Assembly (NCBI GenBank): GCA_964496765.1
Contig: CAZCAP010000010.1
Location: 1-29,710, forward strand
From: an uncultured archaeon
GTDB lineage: Archaea; Iainarchaeota; Iainarchaeia; Iainarchaeales; CSSED10-239
Direction: 5' to 3'
DNA length: 29,710 nucleotides
Under the pieces are notes generated by a model, which was not told the DNA's origin, ran no database searches, and saw only the letters and a program-made list of their open reading frames with translations. The position numbers and the translations under genes are program-made. This document shows positions 22,663 to 29,710 of the stretch, piece after piece; position 1 is the stretch's first letter, and each line of letters begins with the position of its first letter.

Positions 22663-24897
22663 TTACTTCTTTGTAGACTTTTTCTTATCTTTTGTATCTT
22701 GCTTTTTTTTATCATCCTTGTAAACGATTAGGTGCTCTCTTTTTATCCTAAGATCTGCTTTCTGCTTATCTTTCCTAAGTTCTTTTTCTTTAATTTTCTT
22801 TAATTCTTCAAGATACTTGTTTCTCATTTCCTTATAGGTAAATGAACTTACTCTTCCCTCTAGTAACATTTCGTCTAGGTGAGCAATCTGCTTTTGAACA
22901 AATACCTTCTTTTCTTTTTTTCTAAATCTTTCTACTTCAATTATGGTTACAATCACGACTATAAAAAGACCAGCAGCAATTATATAAAGCAGAACATTAG
23001 ATGATGATGAAGACTTTTCATTAGCATAAACATACACCTTCTGTTCATCATCATTATTCTTTATGATTGTATTTTGAGATATTGGGAAATTAACATCATT
23101 CATGTCAACAATAATAACATCTATATCTGAATTATCTGCACTATTATAATATGCAAGAACTTCATTCTCAACCTCAAGTATTTCTGTTACCATATTAATA
23201 ATTGAGTTTGATATTTGCATATCTCCTTTTGCTTTTGCTTCATCTATGGCTGCAAAGTGTTCAAATGATTTATAAAAATAAACTGCATGATCTAAATACA
23301 TTTTTGACCACACATGATTATCAGAATTTAATTCTTTTACAGATCTTAATTCATCTATTAAACCATCATATTTTGTTTGAAATGCACTTGCATCAAAAGC
23401 TGCATTATTTTCTTCTCTTGTATTTATAATAGCCATTGATGTTGCTGAATCATACATGGATGTTACATACCAACCCTTTTCATAGTTTATTTTTGCAGCT
23501 CCTAGTCTTCTTAGAAGATCAGGATCATTTGAAACCTCAGGGGTGGATAAAATCAATTTATTTTCCACATCAATGATTCTCTTCTGTGCCTCTGCTTTGA
23601 AAACACTGGATTCTATAAATTTATATTTAGAGTCTGTAATTCCCACATCTAGGAAATCATTTGAAATCTTTATCCATCCAAGTGCATAACTATAGTCTGA
23701 TACTCTTGTTAGTGCTTCATTTGTTTTTCCTTCCTGTAGAATAATAAGCTTCTGTTCAGCCCAGGTTAATCTCTGCCTAGCACCAATACACCACTCTAGT
23801 CTTTCCAGAGAACAAAGAGTGCTTCTCTTTTCAGTAAGTTTAATTTTTTCATCCAATGCTTTTATTTTTTCATCAAGAACAGTTGATGATTCACTTAGCA
23901 TGGATGGATTATTTAATATTTCATTCACGATTGTTACATTCACGATTGCAATAAATGAATTATTTGCAGCAGAATATAAATAATTATTAGAAGAATATAT
24001 TTTCGCCTCATTGATTGCGTTTTCTGCGCTTTCTACTATAGCTAATATGTTTTCTTGAATACTCTTATCCTTAATTAAACTACTTTGATTAAGGTTTGCT
24101 TTTGCAATTGCAAGATTTTCTTCTGCATCCTCCACGTATCCAACGGTTATGTTTCGCATAGGGTATAATGCAATTGAGTAATCCAATCTATCTGGTTGAA
24201 AGATATCCTGTTTAACAACAGGAATAGAACTAATATTTATTTCATCTATGTTCTTTGAAACATATCCAAGAACATCTGTTAGGTTTTGAACCTCAACAAT
24301 CTTCAAACCCCAGTTTTTATAGGCATAATCAATTAAATCAATTTTTTCAACATTCCCATCTATTGTTACAACCTGATCCCTATTTCCAGCAGGCATCATG
24401 AATAATTTAATTCCTACTTCTGATGCTCTCTTTGCTTTTTGATAAATTCCTCCAACATCTCCAACATATCCTTCTTGGGATATGGTTCCAGTCATACTAA
24501 TATCATTAGCTATATCTTTATCCTTAAACATAGAAACCATAAGAAGAGCCATGGCTGCACCAGCTGATGGTCCATCAATTGAATAGGCACCAGAATTTAT
24601 TTCAAATATATAATCAAATTTTGTTTTTGTGTTTCCAATCACTAGATCAGTTGCATTAACTGCATTTTTTTGTGATTCCTGAGTCGTATTCCCTACTAAC
24701 GAATCAATGTTTGCTAAGACCTTACCTGTTCCTGGATGAATTTCAATATTCAATGTTGCTTCCATTGCTGAATCAAGTCCAGAAACTGCAAATATCTTCA
24801 TTGATCCATGCTCAATTAGAGCATAGGAAAATGGAGAAATAAATATAATTGATATTGCTAATATAAGCAAACTAAGAAACACTTTTCTATTAAACAT
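22663..24897 (-). CDS. Membrane-anchored S16 (Lon C-terminal-like) serine protease with a long helical extension
   Basis: N-terminal signal/anchor, then IDGPSAGAAMALLMVS (catalytic Ser) and GDVGGIYQKAKRASEVGIKLFMMPAGN (catalytic Lys). A ~400-aa unknown region follows, then a C-terminal TM (LLYIIAAGLFIVVIVTII) and a Lys-rich tail. Confidence 0.75.
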   Translation of the reverse strand: MFNRKVFLSLLILAISIIFISPFSYALIEHGSMKIFAVSGLDSAMEATLNIEIHPGTGKVLANIDSLVGNTTQESQKNAVNATDLVIGNTKTKFDYIFEINSGAYSIDGPSAGAAMALLMVSMFKDKDIANDISMTGTISQEGYVGDVGGIYQKAKRASEVGIKLFMMPAGNRDQVVTIDGNVEKIDLIDYAYKNWGLKIVEVQNLTDVLGYVSKNIDEINISSIPVVKQDIFQPDRLDYSIALYPMRNITVGYVEDAEENLAIAKANLNQSSLIKDKSIQENILAIVESAENAINEAKIYSSNNYLYSAANNSFIAIVNVTIVNEILNNPSMLSESSTVLDEKIKALDEKIKLTEKRSTLCSLERLEWCIGARQRLTWAEQKLIILQEGKTNEALTRVSDYSYALGWIKISNDFLDVGITDSKYKFIESSVFKAEAQKRIIDVENKLILSTPEVSNDPDLLRRLGAAKINYEKGWYVTSMYDSATSMAIINTREENNAAFDASAFQTKYDGLIDELRSVKELNSDNHVWSKMYLDHAVYFYKSFEHFAAIDEAKAKGDMQISNSIINMVTEILEVENEVLAYYNSADNSDIDVIIVDMNDVNFPISQNTIIKNNDDEQKVYVYANEKSSSSSNVLLYIIAAGLFIVVIVTIIEVERFRKKEKKVFVQKQIAHLDEMLLEGRVSSFTYKEMRNKYLEELKKIKEKELRKDKQKADLRIKREHLIVYKDDKKKQDTKDKKKSTKK

Positions 24898-25009
24898 GTA
24901 TAATTCCTTTCCTTTTTTTAAAATTTTAAATTACTAATCATAAAAATAATATATAATAGATTATTTAAATGTTAGCTATATAATAAAGAAAATTAAATGC
25001 AATTCAATG

Positions 25010-25558
25010 CTATTTTTTCTTTTTTCTTGAATCTGGATACAATAGTTCAAACTTCTTAGTGGTTACAAGAACATGTCTTCTACCCTTCTTCTCAACAGTT
25101 ATAAGGTTTAAATCCTTTAGCTTCTGAATATGGTCATAGGGCCTCTTTCCTGTTATCTTTGATTGCATAACTGGTGAATTTATTGATATATATGCAAGGG
25201 TTTTAAGCTCTCCTTTTGAAAGAGCTGCACCAGCAGAAAACACATTAAAAGAAGAATATTCAGGTTTTACAACCATTTCTAGATTATCTCCATCTTTAAT
25301 AATAGATACTCCTGAATTTCTTCTAGAATATTCATACATAAGTTCTGAAATTTGGATATCAATTAAATCATGAGAAACTCCAGGAAGAACCTTATATATT
25401 TGTTTTAAGCCAATTGATTTAGGAGACATAAAGATTATTACTTCTATTGCTCCCTTTAGATAATTAGAATCAAATTTTTCAAGATCAAGCTTAACCTGCG
25501 CTTGCAAATCTTTTCTTTGTGCACTTGGAGTTTTTAGTTTTTTTTCTTCTTCAGGCAT
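25010..25558 (-). CDS. scpB: Segregation and condensation protein B (ScpB-like)
   Basis: The 182-aa size, the LKGAIEVIIFMSPKSIGLKQI start of the first wHTH, and a second wHTH-like C-terminal half. scpA lies nearby. Confidence 0.6.
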   Translation of the reverse strand: MPEEEKKLKTPSAQRKDLQAQVKLDLEKFDSNYLKGAIEVIIFMSPKSIGLKQIYKVLPGVSHDLIDIQISELMYEYSRRNSGVSIIKDGDNLEMVVKPEYSSFNVFSAGAALSKGELKTLAYISINSPVMQSKITGKRPYDHIQKLKDLNLITVEKKGRRHVLVTTKKFELLYPDSRKKKK

Positions 25559-25657
25559 AGTTAATCAATATATTATTTATTAAACAATAATATAATAGAT
25601 AAAGAATATAAAGATTATGTCTTTAAACGATTAAAATAGTAAAGCCAAGACAAAAGA

Positions 25658-25903
25658 TTAGTTGGAAATTGATTCGAAATTAGGAGATATATAAATAACT
25701 CCAACTGCAGTATTGTAATCTTTTATAAAATCATCTGTTATGTCATCAGTTCCTCCAATAGTATCTGTTGTTGATTGAATGGATTTATCAGAGAAATCTA
25801 AAAAGATTATTGCTAGTAAAATTGCAACAACCAATAAAATTCCAATTAGTATAATGATTTCCAAAGAAACCTGTGCCTTTAATTTTTTAAAACTCATAAT
25901 CAT
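25658..25903 (-). CDS. Class III signal peptide (archaeal type IV pilin-like) protein
   Basis: KKLKAQ|VSLEIIILIGILLVVAILLAIIF is a basic stretch, a K-A-Q cleavage-type motif and a hydrophobic helix with Glu at +4/+5. Confidence 0.6.
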   Translation of the reverse strand: MIMSFKKLKAQVSLEIIILIGILLVVAILLAIIFLDFSDKSIQSTTDTIGGTDDITDDFIKDYNTAVGVIYISPNFESISN

Positions 25904-25909
25904 TCAAAT

Positions 25910-26038
25910 TTAGGTTTTATACTTTCTTATTAATTTTTTTAACAGTTCTACTTTTTTAGGATTCTTTTTTTGATTTTTAATACTGTGCTTTGCCCTAACC
26001 TGAAGCTTTCTTTTCAATCTAGAACTAATCTTTCCCAT
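25910..26038 (-). CDS. Possible 42-aa highly basic micro-ORF
   Basis: Not in the ORF track (under 60 aa). I read MGKISSRLKRKLQVRAKHSIKNQKKNPKKVELLKKLIRKYKT-stop, which fills the scpA-pilin gap. No family recognised. Confidence 0.25.
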   Translation of the reverse strand: MGKISSRLKRKLQVRAKHSIKNQKKNPKKVELLKKLIRKYKT

Positions 26039-26095
26039 TATCAAAAACCTCAAATATATGTTAGCACTACAATTTAAAAAACTTTAGTTTTTAAG

Positions 26096-26761
26096 TTAAA
26101 GAACCTTAATAAATATTTCTGAAAAGAAATCATCCTGCCAAACATTTATCTTCTTATCCTGGGATAAAAAAAGAAGAGGCATAAAGTAAAACTCAATAAT
26201 CTCGAATGGATCCTTTGTTCTTTCCTGTAATTTAGAAAAGACTAGACAACCCTCCTGATCAATCTCATCCCTAAGAATAGAAAATAATCTATCTGTTCTT
26301 TCAGTAATGTCTATTGATTTTCTAGGAAGAACGAAAACAGCATCCTCTTTTTCTTTTATTTGCCTTGTAAGATTAGTTTTTGTAGGCCTATTCATTAGGG
26401 TATCAACTATATCAATTAGATCATTCAATGATACCTGGCCTTCTCTTAGCTTAATTGAATTATTAAAACTAATTGTGTTTAGGTTGTAAATATCTTCATC
26501 CGTTGGAATCCTAAGAGGTTCATCATCAATTGATGTTAGCTTAAGAGAGTATGCCTTTAGGCGAAGAAGAATAGCAGCTGCAAGAAGAGCATTTGCTGGA
26601 ACAAGCAGGTTCTCCTGCTTTAGTTCATGAATCTTCTTTAGATATAAGTCTGTTAATCTAATTATATCCACATTCCAGATATCAAAATCATTTTGCTTAA
26701 CAACATCAAATAATAGAATCTTCCAGTTTGGCTGATCTATTATATTAACTAGGTTTTCCAT
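26096..26761 (-). CDS. scpA: Segregation and condensation protein A (ScpA, kleisin)
   Basis: The N-terminal FDIWNVDIIRLTDLYLKKI and LVPANALLAAAILLRLK segments are typical of ScpA. Confidence 0.7.
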   Translation of the reverse strand: MENLVNIIDQPNWKILLFDVVKQNDFDIWNVDIIRLTDLYLKKIHELKQENLLVPANALLAAAILLRLKAYSLKLTSIDDEPLRIPTDEDIYNLNTISFNNSIKLREGQVSLNDLIDIVDTLMNRPTKTNLTRQIKEKEDAVFVLPRKSIDITERTDRLFSILRDEIDQEGCLVFSKLQERTKDPFEIIEFYFMPLLFLSQDKKINVWQDDFFSEIFIKVL

Positions 26762-26870
26762 AACTTTATTTCCTTTAGATTATAAGTCATAAATAAGGTA
26801 AGACAATGTATTTATAAATATATTTTAGATAAAAAGAAAAAAGAAAAAAAAATTAAAGAAAATTAATAAC

Positions 26871-27554
26871 TTAATTTTCTAAAACCTGAGCATTAAATTG
26901 CTTTGCATCCCCGTCAGCAAACTTAATTGATTGACTTGGGCCTTCAATATAGATTATGTTTTCTTTTTCAAAGTAAATAGCAATTTTTTCAGTAATTAAT
27001 CTAAATTTGTTTGTTTGAGATTTAAGAACCTCTTCAAAAATCAGGTTTATGTTATCCGAAGGGAACACAATGTCAATTCCAGTCTTCTTACCTTGAACCC
27101 TGTTAGCAACGTCTGCTAAATCTATTGTCCCAACCACATTAAACTTTAATGTAAAATTTTCAACAGAAAATGTTTCAATTAATTTTTTTAGAAAATCCTG
27201 TGTTTTCTTTGAATCTTGGAAAATATATGTTCTATAGCATCTAAAATTCTCAAGGAATCTATTTGCATCATTCATATCCTTGTACAAATAATCAATTTCA
27301 TCCTTAACCTGGGAAACAACAGCATGCATTTTCTTGTAAAGTGAAATAAGCTCTCTTTTTTTAATCTCATCTTCAATTTCCTTTTCAAGATGCTTATTTT
27401 TCTCAAACAAGGTTTCTATCTCCTTAACATCACTAGCTATGCAATTAAATATTTCAGAAACAGGAGCATAGAGCTCAAGAGCTTTGTTTGTTCTATATAG
27501 ATTCTTATTTAAAGACTCAAATGTCTTCTTAAGTTTAGTGTTTACATCATTCAT
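26871..27554 (-). CDS. Hypothetical protein, coiled-coil N-terminal half
   Basis: Clean 227-aa ORF with no recognisable motif. Confidence 0.5.
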   Translation of the reverse strand: MNDVNTKLKKTFESLNKNLYRTNKALELYAPVSEIFNCIASDVKEIETLFEKNKHLEKEIEDEIKKRELISLYKKMHAVVSQVKDEIDYLYKDMNDANRFLENFRCYRTYIFQDSKKTQDFLKKLIETFSVENFTLKFNVVGTIDLADVANRVQGKKTGIDIVFPSDNINLIFEEVLKSQTNKFRLITEKIAIYFEKENIIYIEGPSQSIKFADGDAKQFNAQVLEN

Positions 27555-27635
27555 AATTGATTACCTCTTATTAACTATTAACCCCATTAGATATATACTT
27601 TAATTGGGTTTTAAAAGATATTGTTTTATGTAGAT

Positions 27636-28544
27636 TTACTCTTTTTTAAGTTCTTTATAGGCTTCAAAAGCTGAAACAGAACCCTGTGCTTCTGAGGTAA
27701 TAACCTGCTTTAAATCAGTTGAATCAGTAATATCTCCTGCTGCAAAAAGCCCAGGAATATTAGTTCTTTGGGATCTATCAACCTTGATGAATCCATGATT
27801 ATCAAGATCCACCTTTAGATTCTTTAGCATATCTGTGTTTGGAACTGATCCTATCTCTACAAATAAACCATCCAGTTCTTTTTCTGTACCTGTTTGGAAT
27901 TTCACTCCTGTTAGCTTTGTTTCTCCAAGAAGTTCAGTTACTTCTGTATTGTACAATATTTCAATTTTTGGATTTTTAATTACAAGGTCAGCCCATGAAG
28001 GTTCTGCTCTTAATTGGTTTTTTCTATAGATTAGATAAACCTTGCTAGCTACATCTGCAAGAACTAAAGCAGAGGTTACTGCTGCATCAGCTCCACCAAC
28101 AACCCCAACAACTTTGTTTTTGAAAAAACCAGCATCACAGGTTGCACAATAGGATATTCCTTTTCCAATAAATTCAATTTCTTTATCTAGGCCTAGACTC
28201 CTTCTTGTGTTTCCAAGAGCTAGAATTACCTTGGATGCCTTAAGTGTTCTTGTGTCTGTGTTTACAATAAATGTATTTCCTTCTTTTTCAATCTTCATAA
28301 CCTTTTCATAGTAGATTGGAACTTCTAGAGCTTCTACCTGTTCAGTTATTTTATTCATAAGTTCAATTCCTGATATTTCAATAAATCCAGGATAATTACA
28401 AACCATGTGCGCAAGAGTAATTGTTCCTCCAAGAGATCCAGAGATAACAACTGTGTTCATCTTGTATCTTCCTGCATAGATTGCAGCAGCAAGCCCTGCT
28501 GGACCTCCCCCAACAATTACTAAATCATAAACATTATCCTGCAT
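27636..28544 (-). CDS. trxB: Thioredoxin-disulfide reductase
   Basis: VIVGGGPAGLAAAIYAGR (FAD), the redox CATCDAGFF motif, VVGGADAAV (NADPH), and FAAGDITD. Confidence 0.9.
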   Translation of the reverse strand: MQDNVYDLVIVGGGPAGLAAAIYAGRYKMNTVVISGSLGGTITLAHMVCNYPGFIEISGIELMNKITEQVEALEVPIYYEKVMKIEKEGNTFIVNTDTRTLKASKVILALGNTRRSLGLDKEIEFIGKGISYCATCDAGFFKNKVVGVVGGADAAVTSALVLADVASKVYLIYRKNQLRAEPSWADLVIKNPKIEILYNTEVTELLGETKLTGVKFQTGTEKELDGLFVEIGSVPNTDMLKNLKVDLDNHGFIKVDRSQRTNIPGLFAAGDITDSTDLKQVITSEAQGSVSAFEAYKELKKE

Positions 28545-28602
28545 AGGTCACCACCAAACTATCTTAAAAAAAGTTTTTAAAAAAATAAAATCATGCAGAC
28601 CT

Positions 28603-29511
28603 TTAAAGATCTGCATCTACCTTAAGCTTAAGCTTAGCTTTAAGCTCTCTGTATCTGTTTCTTATGGTTACTTCTGTTACTCCAGCAACATTAGCAACTT
28701 CCTTCTGTGTTCTTCTTTCTCCTGACATCAGAGCAGCTATGTAAACAGCAGCAGCAGCAACACCAGTTGGACCTCTTCCAGAGATTAAACCTGATGTGAT
28801 TGCTTTCTTAACTATTTGCTTACCCTTTGTTTCAACCTCAGCTGAAAGATTAAGAACAGAAACAAATCTTGAGATATAATATGTTGGATCTGTTAATGGA
28901 ACTGAAATATCTAACTCCTTAACAATGAATCTATAAGTTCTTCCAATTTCTTTCTTTGTTAAACCTGATGCTTCAGCCATCTCATTCAATGTTCTTGGAA
29001 CATTATAGGTTCTACAAACAGAATATAGAACAGCAGAAACAACAGCTTCAATTAATCTACCTCTAATTAATCCTTTTTCAACAGTCTTTCTATAGAGAAG
29101 AGCAGCTGTTTCAATTAAAGCGTTTGGAATATTTAAATATGATGCAATTCTTCTAAGCTCAGTTAAAGCAATTGATAGATTTCTTTGCATTGAATTTGAG
29201 ATTGATGATCTCTTATGCCATTTAATTAATCTATACATCTGTGCTCTTGACTTAGTTGAAAGCTTATTTCCTCTAAGATCTCTTCCTGATCTTTCAATCA
29301 TGGTTTCAAGACCCTTGTTTATCTTTGTATATTTCATTGGTGAGCCTGTACCAACATTTTCTTGTTTGTCTGAGTTTTCAAAAGATCTCCAATCCTTACC
29401 CATATCAATTTGATCATCTGACATAACAACATGACACTTTTTACACACATACTCTCCGGTTTTTGGATCTCTATGTACGTTTTCTGAACTACATTCTGGA
29501 CACTTTACCAT
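28603..29511 (-). CDS. tfb: Transcription initiation factor IIB (TFB)
   Basis: Zn ribbon CPECSS...CKKCHVV, B-reader, two cyclin folds, and GRGPTGVAAAAVYIA. The ATG at 29511 is preceded by GAGGTG, so the 15 upstream codons in the track are probably not translated. Confidence 0.93.
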   Translation of the reverse strand: MVKCPECSSENVHRDPKTGEYVCKKCHVVMSDDQIDMGKDWRSFENSDKQENVGTGSPMKYTKINKGLETMIERSGRDLRGNKLSTKSRAQMYRLIKWHKRSSISNSMQRNLSIALTELRRIASYLNIPNALIETAALLYRKTVEKGLIRGRLIEAVVSAVLYSVCRTYNVPRTLNEMAEASGLTKKEIGRTYRFIVKELDISVPLTDPTYYISRFVSVLNLSAEVETKGKQIVKKAITSGLISGRGPTGVAAAAVYIAALMSGERRTQKEVANVAGVTEVTIRNRYRELKAKLKLKVDADL

Positions 29512-29710
29512 TGATAACACCTCTAGTTTTTTAGATTTGAATAAATTTAGAATCATTTGCGTTGAATCTAAATAAAAAATATTAAAATAATAATCAAATT
29601 TTAGTTATACTACACTAACCCATTCCACACATTTTATTTTTTCTTAAAAAAAGCAAAAGCTATATAAATATAATAGTTTTTCACATATATAAAGGTTTCG
29701 GCTAATCTGG

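Noticed and set aside
26811-26865. Purine-rich A/G tract (aaaaagaaaaaagaaaaaaaaattaaagaaaa) upstream of scpA
   Set aside because: It is a low-complexity AT-rich spacer with no repeat unit or structure, and similar tracts occur elsewhere.
1990-28029. Antisense or shadow ORFs from the track (1990-2265, 2711-2926, 3358-3630, 4451-4660, 4575-4772, 5177-5500, 5880-6062, 8449-8679, 10718-10972, 11008-11241, 13309-13533, 14084-14305, 14209-14535, 15234-15473, 18111-18299, 19782-19967, 20253-20438, 22137-22397, 23202-23429, 26307-26489, 27835-28029)
   Set aside because: Each lies inside or against a longer ORF with clear family motifs. They have low-complexity, Leu/Ile/Phe/Ser-rich compositions typical of the reverse frames of AT-rich genes, and lack SD or start context.

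Overview
This is a strongly AT-rich archaeal chromosome segment. Archaeal markers are TFB, archaeal/eukaryal-type GluRS and TyrRS, Trm5, a class III signal-peptide pilin-like gene and GGTGA-type Shine-Dalgarno sites. It also carries bacterial-type genes (DisA, CspA, ScpA/ScpB), a mix I associate with DPANN-type (Woese-/Pacearchaeota-like) genomes; that taxon call is inference only. There are about 37 protein genes and one tRNA-Asn(GUU), and no rRNA or CRISPR. The housekeeping backbone is interrupted by two accessory regions. (1) At about 5.1-12.2 kb lies a same-strand array of defence-island-type genes: a Bro-N/DinD-like gene, two divergent DUF1016 PD-(D/E)xK nucleases, an ORF6N::HATPase_c_4 chimera, an AbiEi/AbiEii-like pair and RhuM. 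Almost every gene is headed by a copy of a conserved ~70-nt element with a GC-rich core (gene orientation: TTGCTTGGACA[GC/CG]TACCCTCCCGAAAGGGATATA...TAATATAT.TGGTGA-N5-6-ATG). I count six copies in the array, one more on the opposite strand before a second ORF6N gene next to tRNA-Asn, and a possible 13-nt stub. The array abuts the 3' end of an MBL-hydrolase gene, and the last 15 nt of that gene are duplicated 2.8 kb away, which looks like an att-type insertion scar. The layout resembles an integron cassette array, but the junction has no attC features and no recombinase is in the window. This is my best candidate for something undescribed. (2) At 14.5-17.4 kb, between gltX and tyrS, sit a DUF2683/RelE-type module whose toxin carries an in-frame TAA, a KamA-family radical SAM gene, and an MNT/HEPN module. 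Each toxin-antitoxin module has a repeat or palindrome operator candidate upstream.
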